DNA from: Alphaproteobacteria bacterium 41-28
GTDB taxonomy: Bacteria; Pseudomonadota; Alphaproteobacteria; UBA9655
Reading direction: 5' to 3'
Assembly: GCA_001897795.1 (NCBI GenBank)
Contig: MKUL01000022.1
Coordinates: forward strand, 3,363-67,362
Length of the DNA: 64,000 nt
Part shown: piece by piece, positions 16,611 through 27,418 of the stretch
Position numbering within the stretch: the first letter of the stretch is position 1
Layout of the letters: each line of letters starts with the position of its first letter
Notes under the pieces: generated by a model
The model's input: only the letters and a program-made list of their open reading frames with translations
What the model was told of the DNA's origin: nothing
The model's database searches: none
Program-made: the position numbers and the translations under genes

Positions 16611-17689
16611 GCTTTGATCAGAAATTAAATCAAGTCCTCACTCATTTTGAGGAGCTGAGAGAAAAGCTCTCTTCCTCAATGGAGGATCATGGGGAATTTG
16701 CAAGACTTTCCAAAGAGTATTCAGATCTCACGCCTATCGCTGAAAAAATCGTTGAGTGGCAGCAGGTTTCCGATGAGAAGAAGAACCTTGAAGAACTGCT
16801 AGGGGATCCCTCGTTGGATAAAGATTTCAAGGAAATGGCTCAAGAAGACATTGAGCGCGTTCAGGCGCGCCTGCCCCAGCTTCTCCTCGAAATTCAAGTT
16901 CTCCTCCTTCCAAAGGATGTGGATGATGACCGAAACGCCATCATGGAAATTCGTGCAGGTACGGGAGGAGAGGAAGCCGCTCTTTTTGCGGCGGATCTTT
17001 TGCGCATGTATCAAAGGTATGCTGAACTTCAAGGATGGAAATTTGAGCTCATGCATGAAAGTGACACAGGTATTGGGGGAATTAAGGAAGCGTCTGCCTC
17101 AATCTCAGGTAAAGGAGTTTTTGCAAAGCTCAAGTTTGAATCTGGCGTTCACCGTGTTCAACGGGTTCCCGCAACGGAAGCCGGTGGTCGGATTCATACC
17201 TCAGCCGCAACCGTTGCGGTTTTGCCGGAAGCTGAGGAAGTCGATATCCATATCGAAGAGAAAGACTTGCGAATTGATGTGTTTCGTTCGAGTGGTCCGG
17301 GAGGCCAGTCGGTCAATACGACCGATAGTGCGGTCCGTATTACCCACCTTCCGACAGGAGTCGTTGTCCAACAACAAGATGAAAAATCTCAGCATAAAAA
17401 TAAAGCAAAAGCCCTGAAAATCCTAAGGGCTCGCCTTTATGAACATCAGCGAGCCGAAAAGGCTGCTGAAAGAGCGGCCAATCGCAAAAGCCAAGTGGGG
17501 AGTGGGGATCGCTCAGAGCGCATCCGGACCTATAACTACCCGCAAGGGCGTGTCACGGATCACCGCATTAACCTGACGCTCTATAAATTGGATCGCATCA
17601 TTGATGGCAGCGCCCTTGATGAAATGGTTCAAGCGTTGATTTCCGAAGACCAAGCGAGTCGCTTGGCGGAGTTGGGGGAGACGGTTTAG
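16607..17689 (+). CDS. prfA: Peptide chain release factor 1
   Basis: The PAT tripeptide (RVPATE) and the GGQ motif ([24 protein letters not shown]) are present. The GTG start overlaps the hisS stop (GTGA). Confidence 0.95.
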   Translation: MSFDQKLNQVLTHFEELREKLSSSMEDHGEFARLSKEYSDLTPIAEKIVEWQQVSDEKKNLEELLGDPSLDKDFKEMAQEDIERVQARLPQLLLEIQVLLLPKDVDDDRNAIMEIRAGTGGEEAALFAADLLRMYQRYAELQGWKFELMHESDTGIGGIKEASASISGKGVFAKLKFESGVHRVQRVPATEAGGRIHTSAATVAVLPEAEEVDIHIEEKDLRIDVFRSSGPGGQSVNTTDSAVRITHLPTGVVVQQQDEKSQHKNKAKALKILRARLYEHQRAEKAAERAANRKSQVGSGDRSERIRTYNYPQGRVTDHRINLTLYKLDRIIDGSALDEMVQALISEDQASRLAELGETV

Positions 17690-17710
17690 GCAAATATTTA
17701 TTTTGTGGTC

Positions 17711-17748
17711 TCTGGATTGCTTCGGAGCAAAGCTCCTCGCAATGACGG
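17711..17748 (+). repeat. Small palindromic intergenic repeat, same family, copy 2
   Basis: tctggattgcttc GGAGC aaa GCTCC tcgcaatgacgg. The flanks are conserved and the inner stem sequence differs from copy 1 while still pairing. Confidence 0.7.
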
Positions 17749-17963
17749 TAAAGTGTTAAATTCCCTCCATTCTATAAAATTTGTCAGGTTCTAAAGATAA
17801 ATTAACATACTTTCTATTCCGAGAGAAAAATTGATTTGGGTTTTATTTTTAACGTAAAATTAATACTTTACTAACTACCTTATTCTAATCTGTCGCCTAA
17901 AACACAGGCTTGTCATCGGAACAAGATTGATGAGCAAATTTAAAACCAGGGAGGAAATAGAAT

Positions 17964-18353
17964 ATGGAACTTTCAATTTTTTTAGCAAAGGCTATTGGAC
18001 TTTACTATGTGATTATTAGTTTGGGAATGATTCTCAATGGTGGCAGGATTAAGGCCCTGCTGATGGAGATTATGAATAACTCTGCATTACTGTTCATCAC
18101 GGGTTTTTTTGCGCTTATCCTTGGCATTCTTCTAGTCACGAGCCATAATATTTGGGTCGCCGATTGGAGAGTTCTTATCACCCTTTTGGGATGGGGAGCT
18201 CTTTTGAAAGGCATAATGTTGGTTACGTTACCCCAACTCATGATTGAAGCCAGTAAAAAATGGGTTCAGAACACCATCTCTTACTATATAACGATGTGTG
18301 TCGTATTTTTAATTGGTATCTTTTTATTGTATCATGGGTATGTACTAAATTAG
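17964..18353 (+). CDS. Small integral membrane protein (4 predicted TM segments), unknown function
   Basis: GGGAGG RBS and a hydrophobicity pattern. No recognisable family. Confidence 0.55.
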   Translation: MELSIFLAKAIGLYYVIISLGMILNGGRIKALLMEIMNNSALLFITGFFALILGILLVTSHNIWVADWRVLITLLGWGALLKGIMLVTLPQLMIEASKKWVQNTISYYITMCVVFLIGIFLLYHGYVLN

Positions 18354-18446
18354 TAATCAATTTTTATATTTGTTGACAATTTCTGTATACAAATTAAAAT
18401 AAAAAATCATTTTAAAAATGAATCCATGTGTTTTGATGAGGTTTTT

Positions 18447-21368
18447 ATGCGTATTCTTGTTTTACTTTCAACATCTGTATTTTTCATAGGAGTTACCCCC
18501 CTTTCTTTCGCTAATTATTACGAAGGCGTTGAGGAATTTGAAAAAGGTAATTTTAAAGCTTCTACTCCTCTTTTTATTGAAGCAGCACAAAAAGGAGACA
18601 CGCGCGCTCCCTTTTACCTTCGCTTTCTTCAAAGCAAAGGTTTTATTGATTTAGAAGATTTCAGTGAAGAAAAAGTACAGTTTTTAAAAAGAATCCCTAA
18701 TATTTTGCCTTATTACCCAAAGCTAGGCCAGGGGGAAGCTACCCTAGAGATCTCTCTTAATTACCTTAGATTGAAGGGACTCCATCCAGATTATCCAGAA
18801 AGCTCTAGAAAAAATAACTCTCAAAAAAAATTATTTAATCAACTTTTAAATTACAATCTTGTTAGTCATAGCTATGTCATTTTAGCAAAAATTTTAGAAG
18901 ACGATACAAAGAAAGTATTTTTAAAAAAAGGCCATCAAGAAAAAATCTTAGAGTATTATCAAAAAGCCGCAGCGTTAGGAGATTTTCAAGCACTACAAGC
19001 TTTAAAGAGGCTTATGGGTACGAGCAAAAAACTATCCATTAACTCTCTTTTTCTTCAAGAACTTAATGTGCTGGAAGGCCCAGATTGCGCAGGGAAAAAC
19101 CCTGGAGTTGCAGAACTCTACCTTTCAAGAATGTATGACGGTCATCGCAATGCTTACGGGATATTTCCTAAGGATGGGCCAAAAAAGTCACAGTGGCAAC
19201 TCATGTCCGCACGCCGCGGATGTATGAATGCACAGATAACTATTGGCGAAGCTGTTGATAAAACCTTTAATGCCCCCAACATAAACTTAGATGCACCGGA
19301 TTTTACAGAACAAGCTCGTTGGTATTTTATGGCAGCGAGACGAGGAGAAAAACAAGCCATATATATGATCGCTAAAAATTTTAAAGAAGGCAAGGATGGA
19401 TTTCCTGAAAACTTAAAAAAGGCCGAAAAATTTTATAGAAGGTATCTTCGAAAGACCACAGATGCAACAGATTCACACTCTCTAAAACTAAGAAGTCAAG
19501 CTGCCTGTAATCTAGGAAATATATACGAACGTTACTATAGAGATTTAGAACTTGCCGTTAAGTATTATCGTATGGCCTCTGAAATGGGGCTTTCTCTCGC
19601 AACTTATAACCTTGCCGTTATGCACTGGAATGGATATGGGGGACTCCTACAGGATAAACAGAAGGCAGTTGAGCTTTATCTCCAGGCAGCAGAAGCGGGT
19701 TTTCCACTGGCTCAAACAGATGTAGGTGAATTTTATTTTAAGGGTGAACACCTTCCCTTAGATTATAAGTTGGCTCATCATTACCTTTCAAAATCCGCGA
19801 AACAGATTGATCGGAAAGCTCAATATTATTTGGCAAGACTTCTTATAGAGGGTTTACATAATGGTGAACAAGATACAGAAACAGGCCTAAAATGGATGCA
19901 AGCTTCTGCTGAGCAAGGTTATGCGCCAGCATGTTATTATCTCGCCCACTTCTGCCTAAAGCGCAAATATGAGAGCCTGCCAGAAGATGAAACCTCCATT
20001 ATTAACTTTGCCAAAAAAGCAGCTGAAGATGAAACATATGCTTATGGAAAATCACTTCTAGGAGGCTTTCTCCTTAGTGGATACGGATCATTAGAAAAAG
20101 ATGAATCCAAAGCCTTTCTCCTTATTCAAGACTCAGCAGCAGCTGGTAATATCGGTAGTAAGTTTGGTTTGGGAATGATTTACACACGAGGATTGTGTGG
20201 ACAAACCCAAGACCATGATTTAGCTCGAAAGTATTTTGAAGATATAGCTCAGGAATGTCCGGAGGCATTGAATGAGCTTGGGCTTTTTCAAGAAAATGGA
20301 CTCGGAGGTTATGAGGCAAATCCTCAAATGGCAATGCTTTTTTACGAAAAAGCCTTTAGCCAAGGCTGTTTAATTGCTGGCTACAATCTTGCTTTACTTC
20401 TTGGCGATGATAAAGCAGCTTATTTTAATGAAGACAGAGCCTTGTCTCTTTTTGAAACGGTCGCAGAGACGGGCGATTATGATGCTTGTTACAGCGCTGG
20501 TGTCATTTACCTCAATCGGGCCCAGGCACAAGGAAAAGAAAACAAAGAAAAAGATGCAGCACTTGAAAAAGCAATTGAATATTTTGAAAAGGCTAAAAAT
20601 CCTGATAAATTAGAAGCTTACCATAATTTAGCTGTTGCATATATCCTGAAACGTTCCGATATACTTGATAGTTCTGACTATAAGGGCCAAGAATTAGATA
20701 CACGTTTTAAAGTTCCATATCTTATCATTGAAAACTTTACATATGCAGCCGAGCATGGTCAGGCTTTATCTCAATTTAGTTTAGGCCTTTTCCTTTACAA
20801 TGAATCTAACGAAAATAAACCCCAGGCCCTTAAATGGCTTGGAAAAGCAGCGGATCAAAACTTTCACGGCGCACGCTTTGCTGAACGTTATTTAAAAGGA
20901 AATTCAGAGATATCGAAAGAAGTTATCTCGGCTTTGTCAGGAGGTCATATTGAAGAAGCAAAGCAAATAAAAGGGGAAGAGTCATTTATGCTTCAAAATC
21001 AAAACACATTAAACTCTAATGAAAAACGCTCTAGAAAGGGTGAGGAAGAAGATTCAGACGCACATCAGAAGCGCCTTGAAAAACGTATTGAGGGATTTCT
21101 CGATCCACGTGGTAAAAAAACCAATAAGCTAGGAGATTTTCTTAAAATTGTGAATTCGATGAATAATGGGGAAGGCAAAATTGAAAATCAAGCGGGCGGC
21201 TCAGGGATAAATATAAGGACTAGAGGACAAGATGGACAGAACCATTCTCTTTCTCTCCATAGGATGCATCGGAAAGGACGTAGCTCACAGCAACAACTTT
21301 GTCCTGGACGAGTGGGTTCTCTTTGCCATTTTATTGAGGATATTAGAGAGAAAAAAAAGGGCGAGTAG
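18447..21368 (+). CDS. Large secreted Sel1-repeat (SLR/TPR-like) protein with a distinct C-terminal ~84-aa module
   Basis: Signal peptide MRILVLLSTSVFFIGVTPLSFA (ATG 18447). There are many Sel1-type units, for example A.YNLAVMHWNGYGG..QDKQKAVELYLQAAEAGFPLAQ. Confidence 0.85.
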   Translation: MRILVLLSTSVFFIGVTPLSFANYYEGVEEFEKGNFKASTPLFIEAAQKGDTRAPFYLRFLQSKGFIDLEDFSEEKVQFLKRIPNILPYYPKLGQGEATLEISLNYLRLKGLHPDYPESSRKNNSQKKLFNQLLNYNLVSHSYVILAKILEDDTKKVFLKKGHQEKILEYYQKAAALGDFQALQALKRLMGTSKKLSINSLFLQELNVLEGPDCAGKNPGVAELYLSRMYDGHRNAYGIFPKDGPKKSQWQLMSARRGCMNAQITIGEAVDKTFNAPNINLDAPDFTEQARWYFMAARRGEKQAIYMIAKNFKEGKDGFPENLKKAEKFYRRYLRKTTDATDSHSLKLRSQAACNLGNIYERYYRDLELAVKYYRMASEMGLSLATYNLAVMHWNGYGGLLQDKQKAVELYLQAAEAGFPLAQTDVGEFYFKGEHLPLDYKLAHHYLSKSAKQIDRKAQYYLARLLIEGLHNGEQDTETGLKWMQASAEQGYAPACYYLAHFCLKRKYESLPEDETSIINFAKKAAEDETYAYGKSLLGGFLLSGYGSLEKDESKAFLLIQDSAAAGNIGSKFGLGMIYTRGLCGQTQDHDLARKYFEDIAQECPEALNELGLFQENGLGGYEANPQMAMLFYEKAFSQGCLIAGYNLALLLGDDKAAYFNEDRALSLFETVAETGDYDACYSAGVIYLNRAQAQGKENKEKDAALEKAIEYFEKAKNPDKLEAYHNLAVAYILKRSDILDSSDYKGQELDTRFKVPYLIIENFTYAAEHGQALSQFSLGLFLYNESNENKPQALKWLGKAADQNFHGARFAERYLKGNSEISKEVISALSGGHIEEAKQIKGEESFMLQNQNTLNSNEKRSRKGEEEDSDAHQKRLEKRIEGFLDPRGKKTNKLGDFLKIVNSMNNGEGKIENQAGGSGINIRTRGQDGQNHSLSLHRMHRKGRSSQQQLCPGRVGSLCHFIEDIREKKKGE

Positions 21369-21387
21369 TCTGGGAATTGTCCAACAT

Positions 21388-21427
21388 CGTCACTGCGAGC
21401 CTCCAAAGGAGGCGAAGCAAGTGACGG
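21388..21427 (-). repeat. Small palindromic intergenic repeat, same family, copy 3 (reverse orientation)
   Basis: The reverse complement reads ccgtcacttgcttcg CCTCC ttt GGAGG ctcgcagtgacg. The flanks are the same and a third stem sequence is used. Confidence 0.65.
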
Positions 21428-21546
21428 TTGAAGCATTGGGTAATTATTTAAAAAAATGCACCACTTCTAATTATTTTTTTACAAAATGAAATTAAATTTC
21501 CTCTTTAAATGCGGTTGATATATTCTATATGACGAATAACGGTTGA

Positions 21547-22821
21547 ATGAAAAAGCAAATGAAAATCACATCGTCTGAATTTGAAGCATGTCTAGAGACT
21601 CTTGAAGGACCGATTGTTGTTGCCGTATCAGGCGGAGCGGATAGTCTTGCTCTGCTTCTTCTCGCCCATGAGTGGGCACGACAAAATGGGGAGCGGATCA
21701 TTGCTGTGACCGTTGACCATGGTTTGAGAGCCGATTCAAAAAATGAGGCTCAGCAGGTTCAAAAGTGGGCCCAGATGAGAGGCATTGAGCACGTTATTTT
21801 AGAATGGACGGGGGAAAAACCTGCCACTCGTCTTCAAGAAACTGCACGAGAGGCCCGTTATCAGCTGTTAACGCGTTGGTGTAAGAATAATCAAATTTCG
21901 ACGATTCTCTTAGGGCATCATCAACAAGACCAGGAAGAAACCTTTTGGCTTCGTCTAAGTTCAGGAAGCGGGCTTGATGGCCTTTCGGGCATGAAAAGAA
22001 GGATCGTTAGAGACGGTATCACCTTCCTTCGTCCTCTCCTTGGGTTTTCAAAAGAGCGTCTTAAAGCCACACTCATAGCAGAGAATCAACAATGGATTGA
22101 CGATCCTAGCAACCAAAGTTCAAATTTTTTTAGAGGACGATTGCGAACCTTTTTGGAAGGCGAAGGCCTTTCTCCGCAACGTCTTAAGAATACCATGGAA
22201 AAACTACAAGTCGATGTTGATTTTATTCATGATGCACTTCAAAAGGTCATTCCAACCATTGTTCATGTGAATGAAGGAGGATACCTCACCCTAAAGAAAA
22301 AGACTTTTGACGACTTGCATCCAGCCCTTGCGAAAAGACTTCTTCCTTTTCTTATGCAATGGTTTTCTGGTGCAAAATACTCCCCTCGTTCAACCCAAGT
22401 GGCTGCAATTTTACAAAAATTAAAAACACCCGATGCTTTTACAGCAGGGGGAATTTATTGGGCCCCACGGCAGGAGGACATTCTCCTCTTGCGGGAAGTT
22501 TCTGCTATTAAAGAAAAGCTCCCTTTTTCCCAGTTACATCAGAATACCTTATGGGATAACCGCTTTTGGATTGACCATGAGATTAAAGATATTGTTTCAC
22601 GTGAAACATTTCTTGCTCCCTTAGGATCGGCTCCAGGGTTAAAAAAAGAAATAAATTCTTCAATCCCACGTCGCGCTTGGCCAACCCTGCCAGCCCTATG
22701 GGTTAAGGGAAAAGTTGTTTCTATTCCTCATTTCAGATACAATATCGAAAATGAGATGGATCACCGAAAATTTTTTTATTTAAAGCCCCTCTTTCATGAT
22801 TCGTTAAGATTCACTATATAA
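21547..22821 (+). CDS. tilS: tRNA(Ile)-lysidine synthase
   Basis: PP-loop VAVSGGADSLALL. The length and the position directly upstream of ftsH fit the conserved tilS-ftsH synteny. Confidence 0.9.
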   Translation: MKKQMKITSSEFEACLETLEGPIVVAVSGGADSLALLLLAHEWARQNGERIIAVTVDHGLRADSKNEAQQVQKWAQMRGIEHVILEWTGEKPATRLQETAREARYQLLTRWCKNNQISTILLGHHQQDQEETFWLRLSSGSGLDGLSGMKRRIVRDGITFLRPLLGFSKERLKATLIAENQQWIDDPSNQSSNFFRGRLRTFLEGEGLSPQRLKNTMEKLQVDVDFIHDALQKVIPTIVHVNEGGYLTLKKKTFDDLHPALAKRLLPFLMQWFSGAKYSPRSTQVAAILQKLKTPDAFTAGGIYWAPRQEDILLLREVSAIKEKLPFSQLHQNTLWDNRFWIDHEIKDIVSRETFLAPLGSAPGLKKEINSSIPRRAWPTLPALWVKGKVVSIPHFRYNIENEMDHRKFFYLKPLFHDSLRFTI

Positions 22822-22857
22822 AATAAAGATATTCTTTCAAAATGAGAACCGTACGCC

Positions 22858-24801
22858 ATGAATCGTAATTTAGCCCTTTGGATTATTATTGGACTTTTTT
22901 TAGTTGCCATCTTTAATTTATTCCAATCTCCACCATCACAAAAGCAACATATCAATATTGATTATTCAACGCTTTTGCAAGATGCTAAAGAAGGCCGTGT
23001 CCAAGAAGTATTGATCCGAGGCGATCTGGTTAGTGGACATTTGACGGACGGAACCACATTCTCTTCTGCAATTCCTGCCCATGATACTCATCTTGTTGAC
23101 AGGCTTTTAGAAAGCAATGTTCGAATTAAGGCCGCGCCTGTTGAGGAAGATATTCCTTCATTCTTCCAAATTCTCATTTCTTGGCTTCCTATGATTTTGC
23201 TCATTGGCGTATGGATTTTTTTCATGCGTCAGATGCAAGCTGGAGGAAACAAAGCCATGGGATTTGGAAAATCAAAGGCTCGCCTTTTAGATGACAAAGC
23301 AACCCAAGTGACTTTTAAGGATGTTGCCGGTGTTGATGAAGCTAAGCAAGAGCTTGAGGAAGTCGTTGAATTTCTTCGGGATCCTCAAAAATTTCAACGT
23401 TTAGGAGGAAAGATTCCTCGGGGTGTTCTCCTTGTAGGGCCTCCTGGAACAGGAAAAACCCTTTTGGCACGCGCCATCGCTGGAGAAGCCAATGTTCCTT
23501 TTTTCACGATCTCGGGTTCTGATTTCGTCGAAATGTTTGTGGGCGTTGGTGCAAGTCGGGTACGCGATTTGTTCGATCAAGGAAAAAAGAATGCGCCTTG
23601 TATTATTTTTATTGATGAAATCGATGCTGTTGGACGCCACAGGGGGGCAGGCCTAGGTGGAGGCAATGATGAGCGGGAACAAACCCTTAACCAGCTTCTG
23701 GTCGAAATGGATGGTTTTGAGGCAAACGATGGCGTTATTCTTATTGCGGCAACCAACCGTCCTGACGTGCTTGATCCTGCTCTCTTGAGACCTGGTCGAT
23801 TTGATAGGCAAGTTGTTGTCCCCAATCCTGATGTTTTAGGTCGTGAAAAAATTCTCGCTGTTCATGCCCGTCATGTTCCTTTGTCCGATAATGTGGATCT
23901 TAAAGTGATTGCACGTGGTACTCCTGGATTCTCGGGTGCTGATCTCGCAAATCTCATCAATGAATCTGCGCTTCTTGCAGCCAGACGGAATCGGCGCTCG
24001 GTTTCTATGGCGGAGCTCGAAGAAGCCAAGGATAAAGTGATGATGGGAAGTGAACGTCGTTCCATGGTTATGACAGAGGAAGAAAAGCGTCTTACCGCTT
24101 ATCATGAGTCAGGCCACGCCGTCGTTGCTTTTCACTCTCCGGCTTCTGATCCCATTCACAAGGCAACCATTATTCCGCGGGGAATGGCACTCGGAATGGT
24201 GATGCGCCTCCCTGAAGGGGATCGCGTTTCGATGTCCCGTGAAAGACTTTATGCGGACCTTGCGGTCGCTATGGGCGGGCGCATTGCGGAAGAGATGATT
24301 TTTGGAGCCAATAAAATCACAACAGGAGCGTCTTCTGACATTAGCATGGCCACTCAAATGGCACGTCGCATGGTCACAGAATGGGGCATGAGTGACAAGC
24401 TTGGGCCTATTACTTATGGGGAAAACACGCAGGAAATTTTCCTTGGACATTCGGTCGCCCAACATAAAAATGTTTCCGAATCAACAGCTCAGATGATTGA
24501 TGAAGAGATTAAACGCATTATCCAGGAAGGCTATGCAAAAGCAAAAAGCATTCTCACAAAACACCGCGATCATCTTGAACTTCTTGCAAAGACCTTACTG
24601 GAGCTTGAAACACTCACCGGTGACGAGATTAATACTTTGTTAAAAGAAGGAAAGCTCGATCGCACGAGATATACATCCGGTCCCGAAATTCCGAAATCAT
24701 CTTCAATTCCTTCAGGTGGCAGGAAAACAACACAGAAAACAAAGAAGCCAGCTTCAAAAAAAGCCCCAAAAAGGTCGCCGGAGCCGCAGGCGGGGGTTTA
24801 A
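22858..24801 (+). CDS. ftsH: ATP-dependent zinc metalloprotease FtsH
   Basis: Two N-terminal TM segments, Walker [14 protein letters not shown], Walker [13 protein letters not shown], and the zinc motif HESGHA. Confidence 0.97.
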   Translation: MNRNLALWIIIGLFLVAIFNLFQSPPSQKQHINIDYSTLLQDAKEGRVQEVLIRGDLVSGHLTDGTTFSSAIPAHDTHLVDRLLESNVRIKAAPVEEDIPSFFQILISWLPMILLIGVWIFFMRQMQAGGNKAMGFGKSKARLLDDKATQVTFKDVAGVDEAKQELEEVVEFLRDPQKFQRLGGKIPRGVLLVGPPGTGKTLLARAIAGEANVPFFTISGSDFVEMFVGVGASRVRDLFDQGKKNAPCIIFIDEIDAVGRHRGAGLGGGNDEREQTLNQLLVEMDGFEANDGVILIAATNRPDVLDPALLRPGRFDRQVVVPNPDVLGREKILAVHARHVPLSDNVDLKVIARGTPGFSGADLANLINESALLAARRNRRSVSMAELEEAKDKVMMGSERRSMVMTEEEKRLTAYHESGHAVVAFHSPASDPIHKATIIPRGMALGMVMRLPEGDRVSMSRERLYADLAVAMGGRIAEEMIFGANKITTGASSDISMATQMARRMVTEWGMSDKLGPITYGENTQEIFLGHSVAQHKNVSESTAQMIDEEIKRIIQEGYAKAKSILTKHRDHLELLAKTLLELETLTGDEINTLLKEGKLDRTRYTSGPEIPKSSSIPSGGRKTTQKTKKPASKKAPKRSPEPQAGV

Positions 24802-24949
24802 TTAGGAGTTATAATTACTTAGAAAGCTACTATTCTTCCCCAAATGGAGGAGAAATTTCACATAAATTTCTACTGGATTTTTGGACTCTTTGGAGCTGAT
24901 TATCCACAGGTTTATAATTTGTTCGATAAAGAAAACAAAGGAGAAGAAG

Positions 24950-26239
24950 ATGCATAAGCATTCACCCAAAATTTCATACAAAAAATTTATCTGTTCTTTG
25001 TTGGTAGTACTTGGGGCCTTCTGTCCTCAAAATTTATTTGCTGTTCTTGTCATAGATTTTGATACTTTTCATTTTCCCAAAGTCCAACAAAGGGGCGTGA
25101 GAGTTGTTCGTTTTGATACAACAACTCAGAAATATCAGGGGCTGGATTATTTCGTTCAAACAATACCAACTCTTCTTCATTTTCAATTTTTAGGAATTGA
25201 TTTTGATTCCAATTGTAATGTTACAGTTCCCACGACATTTCCATTAGAAGGTACGATTATAAGAACAAAAGGAACAGTAGAGTTCGATGACCTTGATAAA
25301 GAGACCCCAGATGAATGGGTTACAACTTCAACTAGAGATTTCACTGATAAAGGAAAAAAGAGTAAATATCGTGTGCTAAGCCACGGAGACATAGAGATAA
25401 AACAAGGCTCGTTTATTATGAAAACTCTCAACAAATTTTCAAAGAAAACCAAGGGTGGAGCTGATTTTTTAGCTACCTTTCATCAATCAACTACAAAAGA
25501 AACCAAATTGATGAGTCATTTATCTGCGGACAAAACAGATAATAAAAATGAAAGGGGCCACTTAGGTGAACTTCTCGTAAAATTAAACATGTTGAGTTTT
25601 GGATATAGGTCCTATTTTTCTAAATACGGAACAGACAATGGATTTGATGGGGTTTTTAAAGATGAGTCAGTCGATCCTCAGTCTTTTATCACTGAGTCAA
25701 AATGTGAAAAAAGAGAAGACGGTGTTAAAGTTATTATGAGAGATAATTTGTCTGAAAGTAAGATGTGTTCTAAATTGCAAGCAATATTTAACAAGCCACA
25801 TACAGGATTATCTGGAGAAGCCATTGAAAGATTAAAAGCGACAGGAAATTTGGTAAAGAAAGATATTGAGACATCACCTAGCAAGGTATTTAAATTTGCG
25901 CACCGGGTAAAAGCTGACGGATCATGCCAATGTTTGGTTAAGGAGTTTAATATAGAAGCTTACCAACTTCACTTGCTCAAAGATCTTTCTCCTCAGTCTC
26001 CAGTTCAAGTTAAGGAATTAGCCGTAAACAATTTAATGAAACAAATGAATGCTTCTCCAGAAGAAAGAGTTTCTTTGTTGTTAGAATTAACTCCAGGATC
26101 AAGCATGGATAAATTACAGCTTATATTTCAAGCATTAGAAATCGATGGAGAAAAGCAAGGGGCCATTTTTGAAATTCTCGAACCTAAGGCTAAAAAGAAG
26201 CTTCCTTTTGATGATGGCGAAGTTGATGAATTAGGTTAA
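24950..26239 (+). CDS. Secreted hypothetical protein with a central PD-(D/E)xK-nuclease-like motif set
   Basis: AAGGAG RBS and ATG at 24950. Signal peptide KKFICSLLVVLGAFCPQNLFA. The segment ERGHLGELLVKLNMLSFGY..(11)..GFDGVFKD..(10)..FITESKCEK gives an E...D...ExK spacing. Confidence 0.6.
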   Translation: MHKHSPKISYKKFICSLLVVLGAFCPQNLFAVLVIDFDTFHFPKVQQRGVRVVRFDTTTQKYQGLDYFVQTIPTLLHFQFLGIDFDSNCNVTVPTTFPLEGTIIRTKGTVEFDDLDKETPDEWVTTSTRDFTDKGKKSKYRVLSHGDIEIKQGSFIMKTLNKFSKKTKGGADFLATFHQSTTKETKLMSHLSADKTDNKNERGHLGELLVKLNMLSFGYRSYFSKYGTDNGFDGVFKDESVDPQSFITESKCEKREDGVKVIMRDNLSESKMCSKLQAIFNKPHTGLSGEAIERLKATGNLVKKDIETSPSKVFKFAHRVKADGSCQCLVKEFNIEAYQLHLLKDLSPQSPVQVKELAVNNLMKQMNASPEERVSLLLELTPGSSMDKLQLIFQALEIDGEKQGAIFEILEPKAKKKLPFDDGEVDELG

Positions 26240-26365
26240 TATTTTATTAATTTATTACTCCCTTTTTGTTAATTTAGTTTGTGCTATATTAATATAGCGA
26301 ACGATAATACTTAGAATTTTAAATCTAAGCAAAGGACAAACTAAAATCTATAAGGGAGAAAAGAC

Positions 26366-27418
26366 ATGTTGCCAACACAGGGATATGCCGTAAAAAGTGC
26401 TTCTTCAAAATTTGAGCCCTTCAATTTTGAACGACGAGACCTCAAGGACCATGATGTGCTCATTAAGATTCTTTATTGCGGAATCTGTCATTCTGATATT
26501 CACCAAGCCCGAAATCAATGGGGAGGATCTATGTACCCGATGGTTCCCGGGCATGAAATTGTGGGTCGCGTGGAGCGTGTCGGTTCTAAAGTTAAAAATT
26601 TCAAAGAGGGAGATCTTGTTGGAGTCGGCTGCTTTGTTGATTCCTGCAAGGTTTGTGAGAGCTGTAGAGCTCATGAAGAACAGTTTTGCGAAACCCATCT
26701 TAGCTTAACTTATAACAGCACGGAGCAGGATAAGAAAACGCCAACTTTTGGTGGTTATTCCTCTCAAATCGTTGTTGATGAGAAATATGTGCTTAAGATT
26801 TCACCGAAGCTTCCTCTCGCAAATGTTGCTCCGCTTCTCTGTGCGGGAATCACAACCTATTCACCCCTTCGATTTTATAATGTGAAGCCTGGCCAGCACG
26901 TCGGCGTCATTGGCTTAGGCGGTTTAGGTCATATGGCCGTCAAGCTTGCAGCATCGATGGGAGCTGAAGTCACTGTATTCAGTCGATCTGATGCAAAACA
27001 ACAGGATGCATACAAGTTGGGTGCTAAGAAATTTGTTGCTACCAAAGATCCAAAGAATCTTGAATCTCTGGCTAATTCTTTCGATCTCATTATTGATGCG
27101 GTTGCCGCGCCCCATGATCTGAATATGTACCTCCATTTGTTGAAGAAAGATGGGGTGCTTGTTATGATTGGCGCTCCAGATAAACCTTTAGAAATTCAGA
27201 CATCCTCACTCATCGAAAAAAGAAGAAAAATTGCCGGGACTTTGATCGGGGGCATTCGTGAAACCCAAGAAATGCTGGATTATTGTGCGGGAAAAGGCAT
27301 TACATCAGATATTGAACTCATCCCCATCCAAGATATCGAAAAAGCCTATGAGCGGATGATTAAAGGGGATGTAAAATATCGATTTGTGATTGATATGAAT
27401 TCCCTTCCTAGGGCCTAG
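26366..27418 (+). CDS. Zn-dependent NAD(P) alcohol dehydrogenase (YahK / cinnamyl-ADH-like)
   Basis: CGICHSD, GHEIVG, the structural-zinc motif CKVCESCRAHEEQFC, and the Rossmann motif GVIGLGGLGHMAVK. Confidence 0.9.
   Translation: MLPTQGYAVKSASSKFEPFNFERRDLKDHDVLIKILYCGICHSDIHQARNQWGGSMYPMVPGHEIVGRVERVGSKVKNFKEGDLVGVGCFVDSCKVCESCRAHEEQFCETHLSLTYNSTEQDKKTPTFGGYSSQIVVDEKYVLKISPKLPLANVAPLLCAGITTYSPLRFYNVKPGQHVGVIGLGGLGHMAVKLAASMGAEVTVFSRSDAKQQDAYKLGAKKFVATKDPKNLESLANSFDLIIDAVAAPHDLNMYLHLLKKDGVLVMIGAPDKPLEIQTSSLIEKRRKIAGTLIGGIRETQEMLDYCAGKGITSDIELIPIQDIEKAYERMIKGDVKYRFVIDMNSLPRA

Noticed and set aside
16851-17417. 188-aa plus-strand ORF inside prfA
   Set aside because: It is an alternative frame of the well-supported prfA gene, which carries the PAT and GGQ motifs. 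This is a composition artefact.
24900-24908. Perfect DnaA box TTATCCACA downstream of ftsH
   Set aside because: It is a single box with no cluster, no AT-rich unwinding element and no origin-linked genes. A single box is compatible with chance.
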